64,000 bases of DNA. Source: Candidatus Woesearchaeota archaeon (GTDB taxonomy: Archaea; Nanobdellota; Nanobdellia; Woesearchaeales; GW2011-AR4). The DNA lies in contig JACPIE010000038.1 of the NCBI GenBank assembly GCA_016188245.1, forward strand, positions 30,939-94,938. Reading direction: 5' to 3'. The position numbers were made by a program, and so were the translations under genes. Under the pieces are notes generated by a model. The model saw nothing but the letters and a program-made list of their open reading frames with translations. It was not told the origin of the DNA and ran no database searches. Below, piece by piece: positions 1 to 9,993 of this stretch; positions within the stretch are counted from its first letter, which is position 1, and every line of letters begins with the position of its first letter.

Positions 1-25
1 TGCAATTTTTTTTCTTATTCCCATT

Positions 26-526
26 TTATGCAATCTGCCCTGCAAGCTCCTCCAAAGCCCCTGAAATCCATCCTTCAATCAGCAAAATAACAAGCAATGT
101 CAGCAGCAAAGCCAGCAAAAATCTTCCAAGCTTGCTGTTTATTCCCTTCAGCAGCCACCAGATTAATGTAAATAATAGGAAATACAAAAACAAGGCAATT
201 AGTGGAACTAAAGACAAAATTGATTTTCCCTGTGCTACAAGCAGCAATGCACTCATTAAGCCTAGCACAACTGCAATTAGCTTTTCCGGCTTGTTTAGCT
301 GCCTGAAAGCATACCTTACCCCTATCATGTAAATGGAAATGAACAGCAATGAAAACACCAAAAAATCAATTACTTTGGTGTAATTCTCATATTCGCCGTT
401 TTCAAGGAAATTGTTGAACTTGCCAAGATTCTCTTTTAGGCCTTCAGATAAAGACTGGGCACTGGCAATATTTGAAAGCAAGAACACTATGGCAATTGCC
501 AAGCCCGCTGTTTTAATCAGTTTCAT
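26..526 (-). CDS. Hypothetical membrane protein with N-terminal signal peptide and about 4 TM helices
   Basis: ORF track 26..547. Better start is ATG at 526 after a GAGGT SD. Signal peptide MKLIKTAGLAIAIVFLLSNIASA, then hydrophobic helices. Confidence 0.75.
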   Translation of the reverse strand: MKLIKTAGLAIAIVFLLSNIASAQSLSEGLKENLGKFNNFLENGEYENYTKVIDFLVFSLLFISIYMIGVRYAFRQLNKPEKLIAVVLGLMSALLLVAQGKSILSLVPLIALFLYFLLFTLIWWLLKGINSKLGRFLLALLLTLLVILLIEGWISGALEELAGQIA

Positions 527-528
527 CT

Positions 529-1047
529 TCAAAACCTCGCGGCGCATTTTTTTATTATCTGGACAAATTTGTCTTCTCCGAACAAGACAGCCCCGTTTTT
601 CAGCAATTCAAGCACTTCAGGATCTTTTCTTCTGAGCAGCTCAATCAGCTCATCCTCAGTTTTAGCAATAATCTTTAAATCAGAAATCTGCACATCGATA
701 GTTGTTACATTGTCAATTAACAGCAGCAAATCTTTCTTGTAGGCAATGGCGGCATTCGCCTGCTTCAGCTTTCCCATATCAATGCCGTGATTTTCACCAG
801 AATACAGCAAAACAATTGCTGCCAAATGCCCGGCAATCCTGCTTTCAAAATTAATCGAATAGAACAACCCCGTACCGAGCTTTTCTCCAACAACAATGTG
901 GTTTTTTTCAAGTTTTTTAAGAATGTTGAAGACTCCTGCAGGGCTGAACTTTAATCTCTGGGCAATATTCCTTATTGTGAGCTTTTCAGTGAAGTTCCTA
1001 ACAAGAAAATTAAGTACGCTGAACTCGTTGTCTGATAAGGATAGCAT
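529..1047 (-). CDS. Winged-helix transcriptional regulator with degenerate nucleotidyltransferase-like C-terminus
   Basis: LTIRNIAQRLKFSPAGVFNILKKLEKNHIV wHTH pattern. C-terminal DLLLL...NGAVLFGED resembles the wHTH-MNT fusions common in DPANN but lacks GS/DxD. Confidence 0.7.
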   Translation of the reverse strand: MLSLSDNEFSVLNFLVRNFTEKLTIRNIAQRLKFSPAGVFNILKKLEKNHIVVGEKLGTGLFYSINFESRIAGHLAAIVLLYSGENHGIDMGKLKQANAAIAYKKDLLLLIDNVTTIDVQISDLKIIAKTEDELIELLRRKDPEVLELLKNGAVLFGEDKFVQIIKKCAARF

Positions 1048-1053
1048 GTTTAT

Positions 1054-1174
1054 TATTTATAAATGAATATTCTCTTTTTAAATGTTTCGATTTTATATTT
1101 AAGAATGAATAAATTATTTTAATAGATAAATAATTTATTTATTAGAATGAATGTTTGATATTTATAAATAAATT
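1054..1174. promoter_or_regulatory. Repeated imperfect palindromes (TATTTAnnAATGAATA) upstream of the wHTH gene; candidate operators
   Basis: Copies at 1054-1069, 1096-1111, 1136-1153 and 1159-1174. The AT-rich context lowers significance. Confidence 0.4.
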
Positions 1175-1203
1175 TTAAAACAAAAGTTTTAAATACTATT
1201 GTC

Positions 1204-1216
1204 TATACTAAGTATA
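1204..1216. promoter_or_regulatory. Palindrome TATACTAAGTATA immediately before the DUF2080-NTase start; candidate autoregulatory operator
   Basis: Perfect 6-bp arms around one central base, 4 nt before ATG 1221. Confidence 0.45.
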
Positions 1217-1220
1217 TACT

Positions 1221-2042
1221 ATGCAAAAACTGGCAATAAAAGAGCAGATTGTGAAAATTGTAAAGAAATCCGGCAATGGCGGAGCTGTATGGGTCCCAAA
1301 AAATTGGCTGGGGCAGGAAGTCATAGTTACGCTTCCAGACAAGCCGAAGTTAGATTTAAAAGAAAAAATTATACACCTGCTTGAGCCTTATTTGAAAGAC
1401 ACAATTGCGGTTTTTGTTTATGGCTCATATGCAAGGCATGAAGAGACAAAAGAGTCCGATATTGATGTGATGGTTATTACAATGAACAAGCCAATGCCAA
1501 TAAGCATTGACGAGCCAAATTTAGAAATAACCTCTTTTCAACTGGATAAGCTAAAGAAAGCAATTGAAAAATATCCGGTCATGTACTGGCAGATTGTGCA
1601 GGAGGCAGTTCCATTAATAAACTCTTTTGTGCTGGACGAGTTAAAAAATATTGAAATCAGCGAAGAAAAATTTAAAAGCTATATTGGCGAAGCTAAAGAG
1701 CATGCTGAAAGCAATAAAGAGCTTATAGAGCTTGATAAATTAGACGGCAAATTCCTAAAATCTTACTCGGCATTGTATTCTGCAATACTGAGGCTGAAGG
1801 GAATGTTTATCATAAACTGCATATCAAACAATGAAAAATTTTCAAGTAAGGCATTTAAGGAATGGATTCTACAAAACAGATTAACAAACCAAGAATTTGA
1901 GCAATGCTATTCAGCTTACCGTGCAGTCAGAAATGATGAAAATGCTAAAGGTATTAAGATTAAGATTTCTGTTGCAGAAAAATTATTAAATATACTGGTA
2001 ACTGAAACAGATTTGATGGAAACCAAGCTTTATGGCAAATAG
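1221..2042 (+). CDS. DUF2080 (AbrB-like) plus minimal nucleotidyltransferase (MNT) plus helical C-terminal domain
   Basis: KIVKKSGNGGAVWVPKNWLGQEV (DUF2080) and VFVYGSYARHEETKESDIDVMVI (Pol-beta GS...DxD). Confidence 0.85.
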   Translation: MQKLAIKEQIVKIVKKSGNGGAVWVPKNWLGQEVIVTLPDKPKLDLKEKIIHLLEPYLKDTIAVFVYGSYARHEETKESDIDVMVITMNKPMPISIDEPNLEITSFQLDKLKKAIEKYPVMYWQIVQEAVPLINSFVLDELKNIEISEEKFKSYIGEAKEHAESNKELIELDKLDGKFLKSYSALYSAILRLKGMFIINCISNNEKFSSKAFKEWILQNRLTNQEFEQCYSAYRAVRNDENAKGIKIKISVAEKLLNILVTETDLMETKLYGK

Positions 2043-2223
2043 AAAAAAGAGGCTGCAAAAAGGAATTAACTCGCTTGACAAGCAGATTAAGCTGCACGAG
2101 GAGAAGCTTAAGAAAGCTGGGGAAGAAGACAATATTGAGCTTATCGGATACTACAAAAAAGAGATAAATGCAAAGAAAAAAGATAAAGAAGAGAAGGAAA
2201 GGTTATTGGGCAAAGGAGGGTGA
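2032..2223 (+). CDS. Small basic coiled-coil protein, coupled partner of the MNT gene
   Basis: Overlaps the MNT stop by 11 nt. 63 aa helical hairpin. Confidence 0.7.
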   Translation: MANRKKRLQKGINSLDKQIKLHEEKLKKAGEEDNIELIGYYKKEINAKKKDKEEKERLLGKGG

Positions 2224-2242
2224 ATTTTTAATTTTATCAAGA

Positions 2243-4171
2243 TTATCTCCCAACAGATTCTTCCTTTCTACTCTCAAAATGACTTCTTGCAGATATCAAG
2301 TCTGATGCACCCAATAAGTCTGTTGGGAAATTTCCGCCTATCAAGGGCTTTCTCAGTCCAATATCCCATCCAACAGGATTTTTGCCTACTCTGACAGCAT
2401 GATCCCAATATAGCTCTCTTAATAGCCTGTCAGCAATATATTTTGGCAGCCCTCTTGAAGATTTTTTAGGAAATGGGTTTTCAGACCATTTGTTTATGCC
2501 GTCTTTGCCTTCATAATAATACATCCTTCCCCAATGGAAGTCAATGCATTTAGCATTTGAAGCCCTTCTGTCATGGGCAGGATTAAGCTGAGACGGCTTT
2601 CTGATTCCGCTTTCTATTGTATAATCATCTTCATTTAAATTTAATTTCATTTGGTATCTTCTTGTAACTTTTTTTTCATCATGAGGCACAGCCATGAAAT
2701 CGCTTGGCTTTGCAGTGACATAGCTTGACATCTGGTCAAATTTCAAAGTTATTTTTTCTTTTGGGATTACAGTCTCTATATCCCTGCCGTTTTCTGTCTT
2801 CGTCCTGTAAGGCAGAGGCCCGCAAATCTGCTTTAGTTCTCCAGGGGCAAAACTCCTGTCTCCTTCGTAAAAAATGGTTGAGAGCCCTTCGCCTGCAAGA
2901 ATGTAGTCCATCGCAGTCTTTGAATGTGGATGGTAAACTCCCGCCCTTAGATCGTCCCTGACTGCATCAAGCTCATGGAACATATACAATGCTGCCTTAA
3001 GCAAGTCCAGCTTCTTGCAAAAAAACTTTGGAACTTTCCTTATTCCGCCTTTACTCACTCCATTGTTAACTTTGGCATTCCAGATTTCTTTTCCCCAAGG
3101 CTTGCTTTTTATGATTTTTTCCTGCCATTCATTTTGGGCTATTTCAGACCACCACTGGTCTAATAAAACTGTGCCGTCTTCACCAACTTCAAGAGGATAT
3201 CCATTTTCATCCAATCCTGCTTCGACTTCATCATTCCTTTTGAAGCTTTCGTTTTCGTGCCTACAATACTCTTCAAAGGTCCAGGTTGCCTTTCTGAAAA
3301 ATTCGTCAGTATTGTTAGGATCGAATTTTGGGTTTTTAATAACAGGGGCTACTATCCGGTATGTATGCTTAAACCTTACATTTTGCGGGCGCAGCTTTTC
3401 CAATGATGTCCACAAAGAATCAAAATCCCTGCTGCTTTCATCTGCCGGGCTTATCCATTTATTTTGAAAACTCGCTTCTCTTTCACGTATTTGTGCCAAC
3501 GCTCCATTTGCTCCATTAATTTTTTCATCTAATTCATTTATAAGATTCCAAATTGCGCCCAAATCCCCTCTTAAGTCACGCGCTTCTTGATCCCAATCAT
3601 CTTTGCGATTTTGCCAGCTTTTCCGAATTGACGGAACTGTTGCATGCCCAATAACGGAAATTTCTTCAGGAAACGCCCCATCATCATCCAAATAAAAAAC
3701 TTTTTCGCTGCCCAGTGTATATTTTTTGACTGTAATAGCATCATTTTCTTCAATTCCATGCCGAATAGGTTCTTCATTTTCAGAAAAACCAGTTCCTATC
3801 TCAAAGAACCTTTTTTCCAATTGGATTATATCGGGATCTGTCAAGAAAGACATACTTCTATAGCGGGCAACAATAGAGTTTTGGCTTTCCCATATTGATT
3901 CTTTAAAGCTTTGCCAGCATCTTTGCTCAATATCTTTAAGCCTTGCTATCAAATTTTCATTTGCTTCAAATTCCGGGCCCAATTCTTTTCTTATCTCAGT
4001 TTCGGATGGGCCGCCTCTTTCCCCTATTTCCGGCTCTTGCATATACCCAAGCCATCGCCCTTTTTTAGTTCTGGCAAATCTATTTTTAAGTCTTATAAGC
4101 CTGTTTTTGATTTTCCACTCAGGATAGCTGCCCGGCGCTTCCATCCCCAATAAATCTTCTTCATCAGCCAT
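2243..4171 (-). CDS. Large hypothetical protein, paralogous in its C-terminal half to 5883..7535
   Basis: Long ORF; ATG 4171 follows an AGGTGA SD. Shares motifs with the 550-aa protein. Confidence 0.8.
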   Translation of the reverse strand: MADEEDLLGMEAPGSYPEWKIKNRLIRLKNRFARTKKGRWLGYMQEPEIGERGGPSETEIRKELGPEFEANENLIARLKDIEQRCWQSFKESIWESQNSIVARYRSMSFLTDPDIIQLEKRFFEIGTGFSENEEPIRHGIEENDAITVKKYTLGSEKVFYLDDDGAFPEEISVIGHATVPSIRKSWQNRKDDWDQEARDLRGDLGAIWNLINELDEKINGANGALAQIREREASFQNKWISPADESSRDFDSLWTSLEKLRPQNVRFKHTYRIVAPVIKNPKFDPNNTDEFFRKATWTFEEYCRHENESFKRNDEVEAGLDENGYPLEVGEDGTVLLDQWWSEIAQNEWQEKIIKSKPWGKEIWNAKVNNGVSKGGIRKVPKFFCKKLDLLKAALYMFHELDAVRDDLRAGVYHPHSKTAMDYILAGEGLSTIFYEGDRSFAPGELKQICGPLPYRTKTENGRDIETVIPKEKITLKFDQMSSYVTAKPSDFMAVPHDEKKVTRRYQMKLNLNEDDYTIESGIRKPSQLNPAHDRRASNAKCIDFHWGRMYYYEGKDGINKWSENPFPKKSSRGLPKYIADRLLRELYWDHAVRVGKNPVGWDIGLRKPLIGGNFPTDLLGASDLISARSHFESRKEESVGR

Positions 4172-4198
4172 AATATTCACCTTTTTGCTTCATTATTT

Positions 4199-5881
4199 TT
4201 AAAAATATTCCGGCTCCGAAATGCTTATTCCATTTTTAGTGAAATAGCTTGGAGCAGCTCGTTTCAATATTTCATCAACCACTGCTGCCTGAGCCATCCT
4301 CTCTTTCAAAGCCGCTCCCATACCCTGAATTTCTTTGGCTTGATTCTTTAATTCAAGTACCCCTAAATTCTGAACTTTTCGGATCTTTTTTTCATCTTCT
4401 ATGACTCTCTCATCTGCCTCGAAGGAAAATGGATTTATTGCCCTGCCAATCCTTCTTCTTAGGGTTTCAAGCTTTGCTCTGGTCAAGTATACATAAGCGC
4501 CTATGTACGAATTTATCGCCTTATTTTTATTTTCAACCCACGATGCATTTTCTTCAACAAAATTCAATACAGGCTCGCCATAGTCCAGCAACGCATTTGT
4601 GAACGCTATCTTTTCTGCTCTTGTTTCTTTCCTTAAAAAGCCGAGCTCTGTTAGCAGCAGTGCTTCAAACTCCCTTAAGTTTGCTGACTTTCTTTTTGCG
4701 TCTTTGAAAAGATTTCTTAAAATGGCAGCAAGCTCTCTTAATTTTGCATTGATATCTCCTGCTGTCAACTCTTTCCTTCTTTGACTGAATATTTCGGTTA
4801 ATTCTTCCGATGCAGGCAGTATAATATGGGCATTTTGATATGACGGATGGACTAATCTTTTATATTGTAAGTTTAATTCCGCATACCAAGCTGAAGGTGT
4901 TTCATTAGTATGCAAGGCCTCCATCCTATCCGCAAATTTTGTATTTCCAAATTTTTTCCTGAACAACTCAATGAACCTTTCACCACCCATCAAATTTGGA
5001 TAGAATTCATTACCTTGCCCATCCTTTTCGCTAAATCCTTCCCACCTACCTTTGGGCATAGCATCCTTGACTATAGCTATCCATTTTACAAAAAAATCAA
5101 CCTGTCTTTTGTATGTCAACAGGCTTTTTAAGGCATTGGATTTATTGATTTGCGTCACTAAATTTTGTTTATCCTTGAAATACCTGATTAATCCAAGAAA
5201 ATTCTGCTTTTCAAGCTTACCGCCTTGCAAGTAAACCATAACCCTATTCCAGAAGAACATTATATTGTTGCCTATCCTAAAGTCTTTCCAGCTTTGAAGA
5301 TCACCAATACATCTGTCAATTTCAGCAGCTTCTGCCCCGCTGATTTCAATAACAAGCTTTCTTAGTTTGTCTTTAAGCTTATCATCCTCTTTCAATAGAT
5401 TCACCCAGTTAACCAATTCTGCCCCGTGAGTCTGAAGATATGACTTGGCAAATTCCGGATTTGCGTTCAGGGCAGCCAATAATGCGCCCAGGATTGGAAT
5501 TGCATTTTCTTGCGCAGGGCTGAATTTTCTAAGTGCATTTGCCAATCTTGGGTTGTTTGCTTCAATGCCTGCTTCCTTTTCACTGCCTTTTAAAGCCTTT
5601 AATTTTTCATTTTCAAAACTTGCAGCGTCCTGAAGCAGAAAGTATCTAAGCCGAAGGGCTTTTCCGTAGGAATTCCACCTTTTATTCAGCCTAATCAGCA
5701 ATTCCTGCGATTTTAGCACACTCCAATATTTTTCCCATACAAACCTTCTGTCAGCCAAATATTGAAACAGATTGGATGGGGCTGCTTTTGGCTCCATTTG
5801 CCACATTCTTTCCAGTGCCTGCACATCTGCATCAGCAGAAGCTTCATTTCCTCTTTTTTCGATTTTATTAATTACTGCCAT
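4199..5881 (-). CDS. Large helical/coiled-coil hypothetical protein
   Basis: 560-aa ORF from ATG 5881, 1 nt after the upstream stop. No recognisable motif. Confidence 0.8.
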   Translation of the reverse strand: MAVINKIEKRGNEASADADVQALERMWQMEPKAAPSNLFQYLADRRFVWEKYWSVLKSQELLIRLNKRWNSYGKALRLRYFLLQDAASFENEKLKALKGSEKEAGIEANNPRLANALRKFSPAQENAIPILGALLAALNANPEFAKSYLQTHGAELVNWVNLLKEDDKLKDKLRKLVIEISGAEAAEIDRCIGDLQSWKDFRIGNNIMFFWNRVMVYLQGGKLEKQNFLGLIRYFKDKQNLVTQINKSNALKSLLTYKRQVDFFVKWIAIVKDAMPKGRWEGFSEKDGQGNEFYPNLMGGERFIELFRKKFGNTKFADRMEALHTNETPSAWYAELNLQYKRLVHPSYQNAHIILPASEELTEIFSQRRKELTAGDINAKLRELAAILRNLFKDAKRKSANLREFEALLLTELGFLRKETRAEKIAFTNALLDYGEPVLNFVEENASWVENKNKAINSYIGAYVYLTRAKLETLRRRIGRAINPFSFEADERVIEDEKKIRKVQNLGVLELKNQAKEIQGMGAALKERMAQAAVVDEILKRAAPSYFTKNGISISEPEYF

Positions 5882-5882
5882 T

Positions 5883-7535
5883 TTATTTGCTCTTTTCAAT
5901 TGTTGCAGTGCCTTTGGCAAATCTTAGCGTATCCCTTAATTGCTCTTCTGAATTGGGCCAGTCTTTTGAGTCGTCAGGGAATCTGGCTAAAATTTCCTGA
6001 ATTATTCTTGCCGACTGCCACTCTCTTGCCCTTATCAGAGCTTCCAAATATGCCTGAATTCCGGATACCGTAACCATCGGATATCTATTGTCAGGCTCTG
6101 CTTTCTTAAACTCATTTATTCCCTTGAACGGAATTCTGCCAGGGTTCGCCAAAGCCCTCCTGTCAAATTTTATTCCGCCAATTCCTGTAAACTTAACCAA
6201 GTCATCATTGAGGTGGACATCTTTTTTTTCTTCAAATGCCTTGATATAGTCTGAAGTTGTCCTGCTCTTTGCAGCCAATTCTCCGAATCTGAAATTTTGC
6301 AGATAAGTTTGCCATACCTTTTCCAATTCAGCCCTCATCATCAAGAAATTCGGAATGAAATGCGACATTGCTTTTGGATTGAGAAGCTTTTGCGGCTTTG
6401 CTCCAGACCTATTCACTTCTGCTTCATTCATCTTGTCAACTTCAACTCCGAATATATCCACTTCTAACCCTTTAGGGGCATCTTGTCCGCCAGTTGCCGC
6501 ATGCAAATCTCTCCTGAATTTTGCACCTAGCTTTGTTATTATGTAATGATGCCTGTAATCCCCTGCAATATTGTACATGTCATACAAATTCAGGACTAAT
6601 GAGTGCACTTCATGGTGAACGCCGAAAGCCTCTACCCTTCCTATGCTTTTTACAGCTCCTTCTTCTCCAAAAAACTGGGCGAAATCTGAATGTGCTTCCT
6701 CAGCCGCAGAATCAATTCTTTTTCTTATTTCATTCAGCTTGCCTGTAATCTCGATTAGAGCCCTTTTCTTTGCTGACTGCAGTTCTTTCTTTTTGCTTTC
6801 TGAATCTGTTTTGCCTATTGCCGCATTGTAATCTTTGACAACAAGAATTGATTCAAACATCAAGTCAGTTGTTTTGTTTATTGTGCTTAAAAGCACTTTG
6901 TCAAAAGATGTCCATCCCGAAATCTCTTTTCCTTCAGAAGTAGTGCCGCCGCTCCTGTAAGCCCTTATATCCTGCCTGAGAGCAGACCTTGTAAATGGTT
7001 GTTTTCCAGTTTCTTCCAAACTTTCGGCAAATCCAAATCTTCCCAAATCCTTATTTAACTGCTGTAATTTTTTTTGTATGTCATTTTTAATTGCATACCA
7101 TTTTGCAATCAGCGTGTCAAGCCTTAGCGCATAGTCCAGCAAAACAAAAGTCAATAATCTGTTTTCCCTGAAAGATTTTGGCTGATAGCCCGCTTCCCAC
7201 TCCCATTTTGTTATGGTTTCTGATTTGCCTTTCCATTTCTGCCATTTGTCCCTAATCCTGTTTCGGACAAATGCGCCCCTGCCTTTTCTTGACTGCCTGT
7301 CAAAATTCCTTGTTTCTTTTGATTTGGCAGCCCTTCCGGCAGCATCAAAGCCAAATCCGCTTAAAGTAGATTGTTTTGCGGAATATATTAATGCAAATAC
7401 GAGTCCTCCGCCTAATACGGCCATAACATATGGACTCATAGTTCCAACTAGGCCGTACGTTGGTATCCCTGTTAATTGAATAGCAAATAAAATACCTAAA
7501 CATCCAATACCCCATATCATGTCGTATATATCCAT
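5883..7535 (-). CDS. Hypothetical protein with two N-terminal TM helices and a coiled-coil body
   Basis: 550-aa ORF; hydrophobic residues about 5-52. Confidence 0.8.
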   Translation of the reverse strand: MDIYDMIWGIGCLGILFAIQLTGIPTYGLVGTMSPYVMAVLGGGLVFALIYSAKQSTLSGFGFDAAGRAAKSKETRNFDRQSRKGRGAFVRNRIRDKWQKWKGKSETITKWEWEAGYQPKSFRENRLLTFVLLDYALRLDTLIAKWYAIKNDIQKKLQQLNKDLGRFGFAESLEETGKQPFTRSALRQDIRAYRSGGTTSEGKEISGWTSFDKVLLSTINKTTDLMFESILVVKDYNAAIGKTDSESKKKELQSAKKRALIEITGKLNEIRKRIDSAAEEAHSDFAQFFGEEGAVKSIGRVEAFGVHHEVHSLVLNLYDMYNIAGDYRHHYIITKLGAKFRRDLHAATGGQDAPKGLEVDIFGVEVDKMNEAEVNRSGAKPQKLLNPKAMSHFIPNFLMMRAELEKVWQTYLQNFRFGELAAKSRTTSDYIKAFEEKKDVHLNDDLVKFTGIGGIKFDRRALANPGRIPFKGINEFKKAEPDNRYPMVTVSGIQAYLEALIRAREWQSARIIQEILARFPDDSKDWPNSEEQLRDTLRFAKGTATIEKSK

Positions 7536-7541
7536 TTTTAC

Positions 7542-8846
7542 TTACGGTCCTCTGCCAAACAATCTTCTAATCAAATTAAGCCCAAGCACGTTACGAAATC
7601 TGTAAATCAGGATAGTTCCAATTATAGCCCCAATCCCTCCAATGTAATCTAACCACGGGCCGCCATATGGAACATTCATCCCCCAATCAGCAAAAGCATT
7701 ATTGATTATACCGCCTGACGCAGTTGAAGCAGGAGCAGTAGCAGTATGCTGCGCTAAAAGTTTGCATATGTCATAATTCAACATTGCCCTAAAACCAGAT
7801 CCAAGTGCACCGGTATAATTCACAATGCCAACTATCCCACCGAACAAGGCAATCACTGCGCCCACTACCCAGTTAGGCGATCTTAAAGCAAGCGAAATGA
7901 TCCAAAGTGTTATTAATGTGCTAACAAATCCACTGCTGAGAATTACATATCCAACCTCACCCAAAACTTTCAATGCCCTGCTTTGTTCAAATACGGCACA
8001 AAAAATCCACTCTACAAGTGTAACTCCAATAATCCAGCCCCACCATCTTCCACCAAAACTTGCTGCAACCTGGCTTCCAATCATTAAGAGTGCAAATGAT
8101 TCCCCTATTCCTATCATAGTGCCAGTTGTAGTGCCCTTGCTTGCAAGTTGTGCGCCGATGATAAACGCCATTACATAAGTCAGCCTTGGACTGCCTTGCC
8201 CTAAAGTTGGAATGAATCCCGCAAAGAACCATGCAAACAATATAGTTGCAGTTATGAAGATGAATAACCTGCTTTCAAATATGTTTACTTTGTCTATTGT
8301 TAATATACCATTAGGTCCACGCAGATACTTCCAAAGATTCTGGATATTATTCTCATTCCATATCCAAGTGCCTGCAGGAAGGCTATAAGCTATCATTCCG
8401 GCTAGAAGCAAAGCACCTAATGCGAGCCCTATCTGTCCTTGGAATGTTGGGGGAGCAACGCCTAAAAAGCCCGCTATGTAAAATATTGCAATGGCAAGTA
8501 TTATGGTGTTTACCAGCAAAGTCAATTTTAAGTATTGCGCAATCCATCCGGCTTCCCACAGATAAGCGCTGCCGGCAGGGGCTGGGCTTAGAATATTATA
8601 TGCTATCAACACAGCCAACCCTAAAGTCACAATCCACACAACAACCTTTACTCTCGTCTCTTGGCTTGTAACTAGGAACAGCGACGCTATAAACAAAACA
8701 CTCCAAATTAGCAAGGTATTGACTATGAAAACAACCCACTGATTTCTAAAAAAGCCAGTTAAGGAGCCATGGAAAAATGCAAATGCAGCTGTGCTGCTTA
8801 ATACAAACACCAATCCAAAAATCCAAAACAATTTGTTGATTTTCAT
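7542..8846 (-). CDS. Polytopic membrane protein with repeated helical-hairpin units
   Basis: 434 aa with signal peptide and more than 10 hydrophobic segments. Repeats VNTLLIW...LIAYNI...YLW and VNTIILA...MIAYSL...WIW. Confidence 0.8.
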   Translation of the reverse strand: MKINKLFWIFGLVFVLSSTAAFAFFHGSLTGFFRNQWVVFIVNTLLIWSVLFIASLFLVTSQETRVKVVVWIVTLGLAVLIAYNILSPAPAGSAYLWEAGWIAQYLKLTLLVNTIILAIAIFYIAGFLGVAPPTFQGQIGLALGALLLAGMIAYSLPAGTWIWNENNIQNLWKYLRGPNGILTIDKVNIFESRLFIFITATILFAWFFAGFIPTLGQGSPRLTYVMAFIIGAQLASKGTTTGTMIGIGESFALLMIGSQVAASFGGRWWGWIIGVTLVEWIFCAVFEQSRALKVLGEVGYVILSSGFVSTLITLWIISLALRSPNWVVGAVIALFGGIVGIVNYTGALGSGFRAMLNYDICKLLAQHTATAPASTASGGIINNAFADWGMNVPYGGPWLDYIGGIGAIIGTILIYRFRNVLGLNLIRRLFGRGP

Positions 8847-9988
8847 AATTCTTTTGCTACCTCATTCAGTATTTTATCATCAGGAACATCGTCAAACTCG
8901 TAGCCATGAGAAGTTAACTTCAGCCAAAGCCTTAGCACATTGTCAGCAAAGTAGAACTTGCTGTCTTTCTTGTAGATTATATCGACTTCCATCAGCCTTT
9001 CAAGAATGCTTTTTGCCACAGGCGCGCTTCTGTAAATGCGCTTTGCAATTTCACTCAGCCTTAATTCTTCATTAGCAACAGCCCGTAAAATTGTTTTAAG
9101 AAGTGTTTGCCCTCTTGCCCTGTTGTAGTAAAAATCAAAGGAATCACTGCAGTAATCATAAATCGAATTGTTTTTTTGCAGTAGCTCAATCAAAAATGCT
9201 TTTTTGACATCTTTAACTTCATTGTATTTTTTGGAAATCAAAATTGTAACCAACGGATGCCCATTGCTTAATGCAAAGATTTCATTGCCTGCCTTTTCAT
9301 TTTTGCCGATAATGCTTTCAATTAATTCAAATGCCTCTTTTTTCTCAAGATTTTTTATTTCAAAGCATTCAAATTTCTTCAATAAATGAAGCGACTGCCT
9401 GACAGAAGAGCTTGCCGCAATATACTTGACAAAAGACGAGTCAAAATTTATTATAGAAAGAATATCCTTAATCTGCGAGAAATTGTTCAAATCAAATAAA
9501 TTCTCGAAATTGTCAAGCGCTATCAGGAATTTTTTATTCGTGTCTTTTCCCAAAGTTTCGCTGAACTTAAATGCAGCTTCAACCAACAGTTTTTGGTCAG
9601 GCTTGATTTTCAGCAGCTCATTTTCAACTGCTTTTATCAAGGAAAAGGCATTTTTGCTTTTCAGCTCATCTTCAAGCTTTAGCAGATGCTCAAGCAAAAG
9701 GAATTTTTTATATTCAGCCAAAGGCTTTTTTAGAAAACTAAAGGCAGCATTGCCGATGAATTCAATTGAGAAATTCTCAGGATTCAGGCTGATTTTTTCC
9801 AAATCAATGTAAACTGTAATGGCATCTTTGGCATTTTTGAGATGATTTTTAAGAATCGATGTTTTGCCTGATTTCCTTGAGCCTAAAAGGGCAATATTTT
9901 TTCCGGCGCCTTTTTTGAAAGAATCTGTATTTTTATCTAACAAATCCAAGTAATGCTCTCTGCCAATCAATCCCTCTTTTCCCATCAT
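8843..9988 (-). CDS. Archaeal ATPase (ATPase_2/STAND-like) with C-terminal winged helix
   Basis: IGRE N-terminal motif, Walker A GSRKSGKT, Walker B LIALDNFE, SNGHP motif, wHTH LRLSEIAKRI. Confidence 0.85.
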   Translation of the reverse strand: MMGKEGLIGREHYLDLLDKNTDSFKKGAGKNIALLGSRKSGKTSILKNHLKNAKDAITVYIDLEKISLNPENFSIEFIGNAAFSFLKKPLAEYKKFLLLEHLLKLEDELKSKNAFSLIKAVENELLKIKPDQKLLVEAAFKFSETLGKDTNKKFLIALDNFENLFDLNNFSQIKDILSIINFDSSFVKYIAASSSVRQSLHLLKKFECFEIKNLEKKEAFELIESIIGKNEKAGNEIFALSNGHPLVTILISKKYNEVKDVKKAFLIELLQKNNSIYDYCSDSFDFYYNRARGQTLLKTILRAVANEELRLSEIAKRIYRSAPVAKSILERLMEVDIIYKKDSKFYFADNVLRLWLKLTSHGYEFDDVPDDKILNEVAKEL

Positions 9989-9993
9989 ATAAC

